A stretch of 63,745 nucleotides of DNA, filler included, from Octopus bimaculoides (taxonomy: Eukaryota), in assembly GCF_001194135.2 (NCBI RefSeq). It is 6 parts of 6 records of this genome, joined end to end, with 100 filler letters (N's around TTAATTAATTAA, not from the genome) between each part and the next. Parts side by side here need not be neighbours in the genome. Positions count along the whole stretch, not along the records: positions 1 to 21,615 come from NC_068982.1; 5 more parts are not named here. The stretch is one strand, 5' to 3'. The translations under genes were made by a program, and so were the position numbers. The notes beneath the pieces were generated by a model that made no database searches, had not been told where the DNA came from, and saw only the letters and a list, made by a program, of their open reading frames with translations. Shown here one piece after another: positions 1 through 13,915 of this stretch (the first letter of the stretch is position 1; every line of letters starts with the position of its first letter).

Positions 1-461
1 TCTTTAGATCACTTTGTGACTGTAGTAATATCCGCGAAACGATCGTAAGATATTTTATTCTTTAAACTTTAGGTTTCTTTATATTTTATATTTTAGAATT
101 TATAATATTCATGCTTATTTATACATAAATTTTTATACGCATATATATTTAAACATATATATATATATATATATCTATTTTTAGATTTTTATATGTATTC
201 ATATTTATATTCCGTATATTTATGTTTTAAACTTTTAAATTTATTGTGTTACCATGTTATGTTGGATGTATATCTTTCAAAATATTAAATATTGTTTTCC
301 TGAATATATTATTGATGAGTTCTACGAATTTATTAATGATATAAAAACACACACACACACACGCACACACGCATATATATATATATAGATAGATATATAT
401 ATATATATATATATAAGCAACGTTAAATCTCTGAACGAGGTATTAACAGTAACTTCTCGAC

Positions 462-691
462 AAGGTGAAGTATATTTGCCACTTAGATGTGGCTGACCCC
501 TAAGGGTGGATGTTACTGTTGCTTTTAGCCCCAGGATAACATCTCCTCCAGCTGGCCATTGACACATATCTGCGTCCTGTCTGTATTTGTAAAGGGTAGT
601 CATCTTGATCTGGGATACGCACGGACTCGAGTTTCTAGTATTTACCTGTCCTCAATACAGCCACATTTAAGTGGCAAATATATTTCACCTT
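462..691. mobile_element. MITE-like element with 34-bp terminal inverted repeats
   Basis: AAGGTGAAGTATATTTGCCACTTAGATGTGGCTG (462-495) is the reverse complement of 658-691 with 2 mismatches. No TSD recognised. Confidence 0.7.
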
Positions 692-1944
692 ATGTATATA
701 TATATACATATATATATAGATAGATACGGTTCTCTTTATTTTCAAACGTACGATCTGATTTATATATTTCAGTCTGAACATAGTGAACGTGCAGGTATTG
801 ATACTATAACGTAATGAAATTGCTTGGGATCATGTATTTGTTCTATGTTAGTAATTAGCTTTGTGTGCAGGTAATTAATAAACTTCAGTGCCTACCTGGA
901 AGGACTTCCCCTACTATCATCTGATGAAATAGAACCTCAGGAAAACCTGAATTCAGCAGCTGTAGTAGTGGATGTTTTATTCGGTTGTACTAGGAGAAAA
1001 TCCATGGGACTGATATCCTGCTCTATTAATTGTAATATAACATGCAGAACACAGCTCTTCTGTAATGTGCATTTTAGGTAGTGCTGCTGATATCGGAGAT
1101 GATGAGTGTTTCGCTCCAAGTAGAACATAAAGTGTCTTTGTCTGCACACTGCGACAGCGTGATTATCATGACGTGATATCTTGAAAATGCATTAACCAGA
1201 TCAAGGTTTTAGGCCGGGAATTCGGTCCACCGAGAAGCAAGTCAATGCAACTTAAAAGTTTCTCGTCCAATTTAGGAGCCTCTTGAAGTGCTCGGATATG
1301 GCACAATCCATAGATTTATATAGAGAAAACTTGGGAAAATTTTACGATCCGATCTCATGTAGGGAAACTGATTCTCAAGTTGTATCAAGTTGTATCAGAG
1401 GGTGTGAACACCTTCAACGTTTGGCAGTGTACTGAGGCCTGACCGATGTGAAATATTCCATGAGGTTTCTGATCAGATTAATGTGGATGCAATTTATATT
1501 CTTACAGAAAGGATGCGTTTAATATGTTGCTAACAGTCACATAAGGAGAATTATATAAATATATAGATAAAAATATAGATTAGAAGAATATTCGTGCTGC
1601 AATAAAGGTGAAAACGTTCGAGGTGTAAATAATGTAAACCATATATGGATTATGCAAGACAACAAAGAGAAAGCGTCTAAGTTATTAAGTAGCAAGAAAA
1701 CATTTAGACACTTCAAAAAGCAAATATCTACCTTACAATTAAACATTAAGAAATTTCCGTTATTCGACGGCCGTTTTCTGGAGTACAATTTAATAAGGTA
1801 AGAAAGTTCGAAATTTTAACTTATCCTAGAAAAATAATGTCTTTTATCAGGAAGATGTCCTCCGCAACAAATTACGTAATTCGCAATGAAAACTATTAAA
1901 AAAAAAAAAGTAAACATAAAATAAGGGGAGGGAGGAACGAAAAT

Positions 1945-2285
1945 TTACAGCGACAATGCTCTTCTCAATATTTGTAACGTACCAGTTAAGACAATCTTTT
2001 GCACGTCTTGCATGGATGGCAAGCCAGGATTATTCTTAAATAATTTTCAGTTCATTTTTTTATCATTCCAAGTGCTGCTACAATCAATGACATTGTAACT
2101 GTCTTGAGATGCCACATCTTTTCGATTTCGGTTCCTTATCTTACCAAATTCTTTTGCCGAGATATTATGGTCACAGGGTATGCTCATGTCAATCAATGAA
2201 CAGACTTTGTTTTCGTCTTTCACAACAATATCTGTTTTATTTGGTTTGATGATCCGGTCTGTACATACCAGGAAGTCCAAAAAAG
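1945..2285 (-). mobile_element. 3' end of an R4/Dong/NeSL-like non-LTR retrotransposon (restriction-like endonuclease domain), degenerate
   Basis: Translations 'NKTDIVVKDENKVCSLIDMSIPCDHNISAKEF' (decayed PD..D/E motif) and 'IPGLPSMQDVQKIVLTGTLQILRRALSL*' match the typical C-terminus of REL-endonuclease LINEs. Confidence 0.75.
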
Positions 2286-2925
2286 CTGTAACTGATAGAT
2301 AGATATATAGATAGATATATAGATTAATGCAAATGCCTAAGCACACAAATATAGAGGTGCATACACGCACACGCATAATTACGTATTATATACAATCTTT
2401 TGGTAAGTGGAGAATATATTTGCATATATTATTTTTCTACATATTTTCTCTCGAGTGGAATTTATTCTTCAATTAATATAACACCATCGAGACACTTCAT
2501 GAAACCTTAAACATATAAAGCACGATGAAGTTGGAATCGGTCTTTCTTTACAAAATGACAGTTTTGCAGACAAATTCATGTTTTCGCCTCACAATTACTC
2601 AATTATACGTGGGAAACTATGATTTACTCAAATGCGTCAGTATATATACTTATAAAATAGTGTGCTATGAATAATAACATTTTACAATGTAAACAACTAG
2701 TATCTTCTCTACAAGGTTATATGTAACCTCATGTGGATTGTTGACGAATTTTTTCCTGTCTTCCCTTTCTCTTGGACAATCCTCTGTCCCCTGTTTGTGA
2801 AAAAGAGCTTTACTGAAAACGTAAAACCCCTCTTTCCTTCCCTGAGCGTCTTTTAATACTTTGCATGTACCACGTCCTCGCACTATTGTTTTCTTGTGTT
2901 TTTTGTTCGTTGTCTTTTTTTATTA

Positions 2926-2973
<48 letters not shown>

Positions 2974-3003
2974 AGTTAATTAGAGGATATATAAATCTCT
3001 TAA

Positions 3004-3037
<34 letters not shown>

Positions 3038-3170
3038 GCGCAGGCGCATGATTCTAAGTTCAATTCCACTGTGTGGCACCTTGGGCAAGTGCCGTCTACT
3101 ATAGCCTCGGTCCCACCAAAGCCTTGCGAGTAAATTTGGTAGACGGAAACGGAAAGAAACCCGTCGTGTA
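3038..3170 (+). mobile_element. CORE-type SINE (family 1)
   Basis: CORE signature GGCACCTTGGGCAAGTG followed by tail ...TTTGGTAGACGGAAAC..AAGAAACCCGTCG; related copies at 23205, 42870, 47165. Confidence 0.7.
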
Positions 3171-4429
3171 TGTGATGTTATGTACGTCTATATGTTTGTA
3201 TGTCTGCGTTGGTATTCAGATGAAGCGTGGTTTTATCCCTCTTATACTCCCTTTATATGTATGTATTTATGTATGTATACAACCGCTATTAGGCTAGAGT
3301 CTATACACCTCAGCAATCTGTCTTACATTTTTTTCGGAATTAGATATTATACATTTTGGTGATGGATATGAAACATTTTATACTTAGTATAGTTGACCTC
3401 TTTATGTTTCAAATTGGTTCGTTGAAATTGTCCAAAGAACAGAAAAATCTCCTTATATTATTAATTGGGTCTAATTTGGTCGTTTCCTTGATGCCAAATA
3501 AAATTAGATTCTCAAAACTCTGCCAACACTAAAATTTCTTCATACTACAGCAGCAGTATATTCTACTGTGTGGCTCCACGTATTTCACACAAATGTTTGC
3601 AAACTCGCACAAATAACACTCGTTATTTTTACTAAAGTAGGCGATAAATCTTTGACTTCCTTTCTTTCAGGAAACTTATGTCAGAATGATAAATATTAAT
3701 AATAGTGAATAAACTCTGTTTAAGACAGTCCCAGTTAAACTGACGGTATACGATCAGTTGCGTAAAGATAAGTTGTGATAAATATGTGTGTGTGTGCGCG
3801 CACGCATACATGTATGTGTATGTTTGTGTGTATTCTCAGTACATCTAATGAATTATTGTCAGTTTGGCAGGCATCACCACGCATAAGCAAAACATTCGAG
3901 ACACTGGGTTTTCTGAAAGTCCCTTTACATCGCTGAGTCATGTATTTTTGTACAGACGTCATATCAAACGAGGAGATATTTTCCGAGGTCGACCAAACAA
4001 TAATCATGAGTTTATTAGCGATAAAATCTCTGATAAATTATTAAAAATAAATAGGTACATTGCTGTTTGGATACTTGCGATCCTGCGGGCACAGCATCAC
4101 TTATTATTGCAGAAATCAGCAATCACCGAATATTAATTTGTTATCTGAATTTATAGACAAGAGCGCGTAATATTGCTGGATTGATTGTTCCGTGATAGCT
4201 TTGACCGGGGAGCTATACAATAAGGTCGAAACACAGTGGCATCGCTGCGTCCCTTTGGGTGAGTGGATAGCATGTTTTATGAAAACACATCGTCTAAACG
4301 GAGTACATGGACTCAGATAACGGGAAACAGCACCGATCAATTATTCGCGTTCTAATCAGTCACAACGTATTGAGAATGAATAGCCATGTACAATGGTACA
4401 ACGTGCACTGCATGAATTATGTAGGTATA

Positions 4430-4552
<123 letters not shown>

Positions 4553-4564
4553 AATAATAATAAT

Positions 4565-5076
4565 AATAATAATAATGCAGCTTTGTGCAGCTCCTGGCGA
4601 ACAGTTTTAGCGGAAACTGGTTTCTCTGCATTAATTTTGGGAGCTGTACTTTTCTGATCCTTTCTAACAATTCGCGTAAGAGTCCGACAATCCCTATCGG
4701 AATGTTTTGCTTTCTTCTGGTGTTTTGTTTCGACGATGAGGTTTTTTCATCTTTCTCAAAGGCTCTCATTACATTCGAGACATTACTTCTTGATACACCA
4801 AATATTTCAGCTGTTTTGTTACGCTAACGCCAGCCATATGAGCACCAACGAATTGACCTCTTCGAGATTCCGATAGATATGTCATTTTAATGAATTTTAA
4901 TCACCTTTTTCTGATGGTATCTGAAAAGAAACGGCAATTTTAGGTTAACATATTAAGCATTACTAAAAATAAATAAAACAAAACATAAAAATAAACAAGC
5001 TTTTGACAGTTTTATAGATATTTCAAAATTATGATGCTATGATGCTAGGTGTTTCCATTATTTTGTCAAACCCCTG
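4565..5076 (-). mobile_element. Tc1-like DNA transposon, left end with TIR and N-terminal transposase, truncated at a microsatellite
   Basis: TA|CAGGGGTTTGACAAAATAATGGAAACACC terminus at 5076. ATG at 4885 then, with frameshifts, 'RGQFVGAHMAGVSVTKTAEIFGVSRSNVSNVMRAF..TLTRIVRKDQKSTAPKI..PVSAKTVRQELHKA' (paired-like HTH region). Confidence 0.85.
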
Positions 5077-5336
5077 TATATATATGCATATTTGCGTATG
5101 TAATATATGTATGCATGCATGTATGTATGTATGCATATATATATATGTATATGTATGCATGCATGTATGTATGTATGCATATATATATATGTATATATAT
5201 GTATGCATATATATGTATACATATATATATATATGTACATATATATATATATATATATATGTACACTTCGTTTTGGGATTTGGTTTGCATGACTCTTTAT
5301 GTGAGTCCGTGTGTTGAAGCATATTTTGTTGTATCT

Positions 5337-5625
5337 AGGCCGTGTCATTCTCTTTTGACGCCTTATTATTTAACACACTCACCGGTAAAGTTTCCACTCA
5401 TTCACTTATTTGTTTTTCCTAAAATTTAAACTCTGTCCGTCATCCGAGCTGCGTTCTTTTTGTTATCCGAGAACAAAAAGAAAGCAGTTGGATAAGAGAT
5501 AGTCAACCACTATAGAAAAGGCTGCAAGACTCAACGAAAATTTTAAGAAAGATAAGTAAATGACTGGAAACTTTACCGGTGAGTGTGTTAAATAATAAGG
5601 CACAAAAAGTGACTGACTCTCTCCC
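5337..5625. repeat. Inverted pair of an interspersed repeat (third copy about 52670-52790)
   Basis: 5360-5396 is the exact reverse complement of 5565-5601 (37 bp); flanks more diverged. Confidence 0.85.
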
Positions 5626-6020
5626 ATTTCCGAACCCGCGAAAACAAAATCAAAATATATATTTATATCTACATCTAGAGAGAGAGAGAGAGAGAGANNN
5701 NNNNNNNNNNNNNNNNNNNNNNNNNNNNNNNNNNNNNNNNNNNNNNNNNNNNNNNNNNNNNNNNNNNNNNNNNNNNNNNNNNNNNNNNNNNNNNNNNNNN
5801 NNNNNNNNNNNNNNNNNNNNNNNNNNNNNNNNNNNNNNNNNNNNNNNNNNNNNNNNNNNNNNNNNNNNNNNNNNNNNNNNNNNNNNNNNNNNNNNNNNNN
5901 NNNNNNNNNNNNNNNNNNNNNNNNNNNNNNNNNNNNNNNNNNNNNNNNNNNNNNNNNNNNNNNNNNNNNNNNNNNNNNNNNNNNNNNNNNNNNNNNNNNN
6001 NNNNNNNNNNNNNNNNNNNN

Positions 6021-6073
<53 letters not shown>

Positions 6074-6780
6074 CCCCTCCCTGCATGCCTTAATTTGGCC
6101 GGAATTCTATATTTAAATCTTCACATCTAATGCTCGGATCTTGGAGTGCAAAACAAGAAAAAAGTAAAGAAAGGAACGAACGAAGGAAGCAGTGTCAAAA
6201 TTAACGGCAGCAGATGCTAAATTGATATATGTGGAGGTCGTTCGTTAATTATATCCATCAGGTAAATAGAAAAGATAACAAGAAGTGTTGCACGCCACCA
6301 AGCGGCAGTTACTGTCACTATGTACCTTACACATGCACTAACACATACACACACTCATACATATATACACATGCACATACGCACATACACGCACACACTA
6401 AATGAACGCATGCACAAACACATCTATAAATATAAATCATATATATCTTCATATATAAGTAAATATATGTGTGCGCTATTATATATATGTGTGTGTATTT
6501 ATATTTAGTATATGTATACTCACTGGCAACGCATACATACACAAACGCACGCGTGTACACACACACAGATGCACATCGATTTGTCTCCATGTGTTTATCA
6601 TATAAGTCAGTAAAAGGATAGTTGAGGTAGTGAAAGTTAAAAAAGATGTAATGCATGTGTGTGTGTGTGTGTGTGTGTGTGTTCACGGGTGTGTGTGCGT
6701 GCGTCTGTGTGTGTATGTGTGTTTGAATATTTATATATATATATATATTATAATTATATATGTTTAAATATATATGTATT

Positions 6781-6811
<31 letters not shown>

Positions 6812-6816
6812 ATACA

Positions 6817-6859
<43 letters not shown>

Positions 6860-7447
6860 GTGAGGAGAGTGAGAAAGAAATGAGATGGTGAGAATGAGAG
6901 TTAGAGAGAGTGGGGTGAGAGAGAGAGAAATTGAAGTGCAACGTAACACTGAAAGGGTTAGAAAGTGAGGAACATCTGAAAGCGACAGATACGAAAAGAT
7001 AAATTTGCGCCGATGAGTGAAAAATCTAGAAACAACGAAAAGCTTTGTGATAAAAGCGCGTTGCTAAAATTGTAAATAGATTTAGAAAATTATAAATAAG
7101 ACACGAAAGAAGAGAGAAGATGGAAGTATATACAAATATTAATGTCTTGTTCCATAGAAATGATGGTGCAAATAATCTCCCCTAAACCCTATATTGTATC
7201 AAGAATACTATCAAGGAAAAGACGACAGTGAGTTATGTGCTGACGTGCTTTTAAATCATATATATTAGCTAATACAGTACACCAGGTATGTAAGCCGGAC
7301 GGTACGTGGCTTTTTTTTTTTAGATAAACGAGCATCAAACGGTGTAACAAAAGGAAAATAATACAAATTCAAAAGTATCGGTTTAAATGTATAACAGTTT
7401 ACTGACCAAAAATGTAGTCTCTTCTCTGTTGAAACGGAAAGCAGATA

Positions 7448-7564
<117 letters not shown>

Positions 7565-7569
7565 TACAC

Positions 7570-7612
<43 letters not shown>

Positions 7613-7689
7613 CGATACAAATGTGTTAGCGAAAACAACGAAGACTACGTAGTAAGCCTCATATATATTGTCTGGCTGAGGCACTAAAC

Positions 7690-7930
7690 CATACTCTCGG
7701 AGCTTTCATTTCTTTGAAGTCATGTTGAGTTTCACGTTGAAGTAGAAAATGTCTCCTTGTTGAATATTAGCGCTCTTCCTGATGTGGAATGCTGCCGGCA
7801 ATAGTTACAGCATCAGATGATGGATACATCTCCTGAGTTTGTCTCCCTTCTTCCACAATTCTCTCAAGATCCCGTCTAATTCTGGCGCCTTTCTATTCCT
7901 GAGTACCCTGGTGGTATTCACCACCCCATT
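7690..7930 (-). mobile_element. Degenerate LINE reverse-transcriptase fragment
   Basis: Minus strand 'LRNRKAPELDGILRELWKKG' resembles the KAPGxDGIxxELWK motif at the start of LINE RT domains. Boundaries approximate. Confidence 0.5.
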
Positions 7931-8151
7931 TACTCAAGTTAGACTATCAATTCAATTCCTCCAACATCACTGCACTGCATATAACTTTCAAACGTGCTTG
8001 ATTAAAGTACATTGAAGAATTGCTGCAAGCACTTTGCAAAGCCGGACGGTTTTCCTAGCGTTATTTTTCATCTTGCATTCTGTCTTCTTTACCATTGTTG
8101 CTTTGTTTTCTACGATGTCCACAAATCTGGATGATACTTCGTGTGTCTGTG

Positions 8152-8191
<40 letters not shown>

Positions 8192-8822
8192 CATACACAT
8201 AGACGCACACATACACACGCGTATACACACACGCACACACACACACACATGTGAAAAACGAGAACACAAAAAACAAAAACATGGAAACAACGAAAGAAAC
8301 AAAGAGAGAACGAAACAGGCAACAGCTGTCCCTTGTTTTATCTACTCCGCGTTTCGAATGTTGGGACAAGACGCAGCTTCGTTAAAACAGTCGTTCCTCC
8401 AAAGCAAATTAAATAAAATTTGGGATTTGCGAAGGGTTAAATTGGTAACAAAATAGGACAGTAAGAACAAAACGGTAAAAGCAAACCGTAAGGGCTGTTA
8501 AGCCATCACGACGTGAAGTGGTGAACGCTGGAGAAACGAGCTTCACAGGAAACAGGCTAAATTGTGTTTGTCTCTTGTAAAGCAAGGGGAAGAAAGAGAG
8601 AAATAGCCGCTGGTCACGTGTGATCAACAAGAGAGTCAAGGTGGAAGATTGAGGGAGAGAGAGAGAGAGAGGAAGAGAGAGAACGGTGAAGTGAGGAGGA
8701 GAAGAAAGAAAGAAAGAAGAATAAAAGGGAGACAAAGACATACTTGTAGAGTGCGCATCAGAATTATTAAGATAAAACTTACATGGAAATGGATGCGTGG
8801 CGTTCGATCATATACTAATATA

Positions 8823-8856
<34 letters not shown>

Positions 8857-8858
<2 letters not shown>

Positions 8859-9421
8859 TTTGGGGATAGAGTGATTTTCTCAGATGAATCCAGATTGGCA
8901 TTATTTTCCGACAGTGGAAATGTTTTGGAGGCTTCCCAGGGAGCTATCACCAGCAATGGTCGTTTTGAGCTGATCGAATGTGTTGGAACAATAAACTCTG
9001 AAAAATACATCAAAATACTTAAGCAAGGAATACTTCCGATGTATTCACACGATAACATAAGGAAAATGAGTTTTTATTCATGGGAGATGGGGCTCCATGC
9101 CACACTGCGAAAAGAAATCAACAATGGCTAACTGAAAATGGGATCAAGTAGCTTCCTTGGCTGAGCCAATCTCCTGACGTAAACCCAATTGAAAATCTTT
9201 GGAGCATATACGAAAACCTCAACAGGAATGTAAATCTAAAGATAAAATGTTTCGATTGTTGCATGAAAAGTGGGGAGAAATTCCACAAAAGACAATCACA
9301 AAGTTCATCAGTTCAGTGCCAAAAAGAGTTTCTGAATTAAAAACTGCAAAGGGAACGTCAACTAAATACTAAAGTATGTAGTCCAACCTATCGATTATAT
9401 TTCAGTTGTTTGCGTTGCGTA
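8857..9421 (+). mobile_element. Tc1-like transposase relic (DD34E catalytic domain and C-terminus)
   Basis: 'VIFSDES', 'FMGDGAPCHTAK', 'W.SQSPDVNPIENLW', 'SSVPKRVSELKTAKGTSTKY*' (stop 9372); frameshifts, stops and an internal deletion. Confidence 0.92.
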
Positions 9422-9590
9422 TAAAATTAAAGATTTTGAAAATTAAAGGTGTCTATTTACTTCCTGCATGTCTGTGCATGTATATATACATGCATATATC
9501 GGTACAGGACGACAACAAACGTAAACAAAACGCACACACACACTCATATGCATACATACGTATCTATACCTATCTATACACACGAATATG

Positions 9591-9642
<52 letters not shown>

Positions 9643-10471
9643 GATATTGATGTAGATATAGATAAATATAAGTACATATGCGCGTCTGTGTGCGTGTGTG
9701 AGCTTATGTGTGCATGCGTCTGTGTTTGACCACGAAAGAGAGAGAATAAGTTATATGAAAACTCAAGATCAAGAAAAGGCGTTTTGTTCAGAGAACCAAG
9801 GCATACTTAAATGATAACTATGCATTATGCTGTGCTAACAGTTCAAATACCATCTGCTCACAGTCAATTTCTGTAAGCTGAGGACATAGACATTCCTAGC
9901 TAGAAATAATGTATGGCTATGCAAACACACAAGCGCAAATGGGAACTTTTATCATTACACATTTAATATCTCGCTCGCAACTTCATAAAAGAGACAAATG
10001 ATGTTTTTATTCGTGTTTACACTATATTTAGTTGTTTGATTTTTGTAGTAGACAGCAGGTTGCCAATGTCAAGGCAAATATATAAATATACTGATTATAA
10101 GTTGTTTTATGTAATAATTAATACATTCTCATGCACAAAAACCAGGCACTGACATACTGTAGCGGCGCCTTGTCCGCGCAATCTCTCTCGAAGCTTTTGG
10201 AATCGCAAATTCTATGCACTTGTATTCTTCGTATTTCGGCATCAACGGCTTTTAAATTTTAGAGGATATAAACAGTGACGGATTATTGTTATTCTTTCTG
10301 CAATCGCGCAGAGCACTGTACTTCCAAGTATGAAATATATGCCAGGAAATAGTTGACGCCTCATGACACCGTTATTTTGTCATTGAATGGCTCTTCCAGT
10401 ATTAAATTGCATCCTCTCTATCTTTCTCCCTCTCCATCTCTCTATCACTCTCGATCTCTTTATCTCTCTAT

Positions 10472-10549
<78 letters not shown>

Positions 10550-11242
10550 TGTTGTTGGATACCTCAGAGACAATTGCGGACAACAATATTCAAGATGACG
10601 ATGGGTGAATGTGGAAAATAAAAAGACTGTAAATGTCTGAAATAGAACGGATTTGTGTTGACATTCCAATAATTTCTTCCTATGACTGGCTTGTCTACCA
10701 CTGGGTATATAAAGATGAAACACAATTTCAACTTGTTATCCATAAAACATATTGGAAACCTCGCTCATAGCGACATTATTTTAATCAAGTTAATCTGTGG
10801 GATTATCACTTACATACACACAAACACGCTTAGAGGCTTACACAAGTATGTAGATATGTACGCATGTATGTATGCATGTATGATCTATGTATATACGTGT
10901 GTGTAAGTATGTATGAGGACGCGAGTGTGTGAACGCGCGTATGTATAAGTCGGGTCTCGTCTATAATTCTCTTGTATTCGAGCCGAGTCAACTGAAATAA
11001 TCATTTCCCAAAGATGCCACGGTATTGTAACAAATGTGAACTTCGTAATTGCGAACAAAATACGAACACCGAAACAGTTCGGATATACTACAACTCTTTC
11101 CTTCTTTCTGTCTGTCTTTCTTACTTCTTTCCCCAGTATATATGTACACACATAAGCACATATATGTATATATATATATATACATGCGTACATCCACACA
11201 TACACACACGCACATCCTTCTCTCTCACACATACACACACGC

Positions 11243-11292
<50 letters not shown>

Positions 11293-11994
11293 NNNNNNNN
11301 NNNNNNNNNNNNNNNNNNNNNNNNNNNNNNNNNNNNNNNNNNNNNNNNNNNNNNNNNNNNNNNNNNNNNNNNNNNNNNNNNNNNNNNNNNNNNNNNNNNN
11401 NNNNNNNNNNNNNNNNNNNNNNNNNNNNNNNNNNNNNNNNNNNNNNNNNNNNNNNNNNNNNNNNNNNNNNNNNNNNNNNNNNNNNNNNNNNNNNNNNNNN
11501 NNNNNNNNNNNNNNNNNNNNNNNNNNNNNNNNNNNNNNNNNNNNNNNNNNNNNNNNNNNNNAACGCATTTTCCCTCGTGATAACAGTTATTACAAAGGAT
11601 AAACTCAAACCCTCATATAACGAGGCGTGAGTGGAAATTGTAATATGGAATTATGGAAGAAAATACTCTATAGAATTCACATACACTTATACAAAAATCT
11701 TACAATTTCTCGTGGGCGACGATCATATCACATTATTTTATTCTTTTCAGAAATCATCAGCATGAAAACAGTGCGACTCAGCTAATGAAACACAATTTAA
11801 GTCGTGAGATATTCAATTAACAATGAAATTTATTACAAACGGGAGGAAATTCATGGAATGTTGTTTCATTGAACGTTAGTAGGTTAGGAAGCGCGAGAAA
11901 AGAGAGAATATTTGTAGTACTGACATATACACGCAGAACGAAAATATATCTAATATATATATATATATATAAAAGATCCAAAGATCTTAACTAT

Positions 11995-12026
<32 letters not shown>

Positions 12027-12429
12027 TGTGTGTATGTATGTATGNNNNNNNNNNNNNNNNNNNNNNNNNNNNNNNNNNNNNNNNNNNNNNNNNNNNNNNN
12101 NNNNNNNNNNNNNNNNNNNNNNNNNNNNNNNNNNNNNNNNNNNNNNNNNNNNNNNNNNNNNNNNNNNNNNNNNNNNNNNNNNNNNNNNNNNNNNNNNNNN
12201 NATATATGTATATATATATATTTATGTGTGTTACCGTAACTTAGCAGTTCGGCATAAGTGTACGATAGAATAACTAATAGCCCTATAAAGAATAAATTCT
12301 GGAGTCGAATTCTTCAACTAACACTATGCTCCAGCATGGCCGCAGTCAAATGAGGGAAACAAGTAAAATAATAAAAGAATACATACGTACATGCAACTAC
12401 ATACACGCCCACGTTCTTTACATATATAT

Positions 12430-12720
12430 AATGAGAATTTACAAAAAGAAAACGAAGATGGGTGTGTAAACAACAAGCAGATACATTAATTTAACGCCCG
12501 TGAAGTGAAAATGTCTTTTACATTTCGAGCCTACGCTCTTCCCCAGAAAGGAACACAGAAAGAAACAAGGAGAGAAAATAAGGAATGTGTAGTGGTTAGC
12601 GATCTATGATGGCGAATATCGGACCGAGGGGTCACACAGGAGAGCTAGGAAGAAGGGGAGATAATAAAGTAGTGGTGATCCAAACCGAAAGGTGCGCCTG
12701 CGTGTGTATGTGAGAGCTTA
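12430..12720 (-). repeat. Interspersed repeat family A, copy 1 (probable Penelope-like terminal repeat)
   Basis: Clearly homologous to 13178-13500; carries a hammerhead-like motif at 12515-12550. Penelope assignment is inferred. Confidence 0.6.
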
Positions 12721-13145
12721 AATCAAGGCAAATCGTCATAGAAAGCCAGAAAGAGTTGGACAGGATAACATACAGATCACAGTCAAATAATCAACACTGA
12801 AGATATCAGGTGTCGGTAGGATACCGTAGATATACACATACCAAACCATGTTTATAACGATTGAACCGCCGTTGGGGCGCACCGTTTGTGTGGTGTAGGG
12901 ATAATACAAATGTAAATGCTCCTAGCGCTTAAAATCTACAACAGCGTTTCGGTAGAATTTTATTTAATTCTATCGTAAAAGTTTACATCTTAATATACAA
13001 ATCACCATCATGAGGTAAAATTTGAAATAGGTAAGATTTCACCAGATGATGTTACATTCTGCATTATGATGTAATCTTTTATGACTTCCTTAGATAAAAT
13101 TCTACTGAAACAGCTTTCGGAAATTTGAAACGACACTATAGTTTG

Positions 13146-13176
<31 letters not shown>

Positions 13177-13177
13177 G

Positions 13178-13915
13178 GGAGAATTCACAAAAACAAAAGA
13201 CGAAAACAGGTAGTGTAGACAACAAACAGATGTATTAGTTTAACGCTCGGGAAGTGAAAAAGTATTTGACGTTTCGAGCCTACACGGAAAGGAACACAGA
13301 AAGAAACAAGGAGAGAAAATAAAGAATGTGTAGACCCCTCTGTCCGGCGAACCGGCGAATGCCGGACAGAGTGGTCACTCAGGAGAGCTAGGAAGGAGGA
13401 GAGATAATAAAGTAGTGATGATCCCAAAACGAAGGTGCACGTGCGTGTGTATAACAGTGCATGTATGTGCGTATGGAAGAGGGCTGGTGACCTTGACGTG
13501 TACGTGTGTGTGTGTGTGTCGATGTGTGGATGATGGTGTTGGGCTGGGAAGTGGTCAGTGCTAGTGTGTTTGTGGTGGTGTGATGTGGTGTTGTGTGGTA
13601 TGGTGGTATATGGTGCGGTGGGGTGTGGGTTTAGGCTGAGAGTGGAGTATGCGAGTTGGGCTTAGGGTGGGAGTAGTGGTGGGGTATATGAGAGTGAGTG
13701 TAAGGAATGGCGTGAGGTGGAATGGGACGGATAGGGAGGGTTGGGTTGGAATGTGTACAGGTGGGGTTATGAGGGAGGGATGACAATGAAGGGAGAGGGG
13801 GAAGGGAGAAATTGGATAGGTGTGAAGAGAAGAGAGGAAGAGAGTGGGAGTGAAGAAAAATAGGAGTCGGAGTAAGAGAGGAGAGGTGGGTGGGAGGAAG
13901 TAGATATTAGAGGGA
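13178..13915 (-). repeat. Interspersed repeat family A, copy 2, with G/T- and purine-rich extension
   Basis: Shares GAAAGGAACACAGAAAGAAACAAGGAGAGAAAATAA and CAGGAGAGCTAGGAAG..GGAGATAATAAAGTAGTG with copy 1. Confidence 0.6.

Noticed and set aside
5029-5429. Many ORFs of YI/HT/CV/LS/RE repeats here and throughout the window
   Set aside because: Translations of (TA)n, (CA)n, (GA)n, (TATG)n microsatellites or N runs; no coding signal.
13560-13915. G-quadruplex regulatory element
   Set aside because: G-tracts are part of the low-complexity extension of repeat family A; nothing indicates function.
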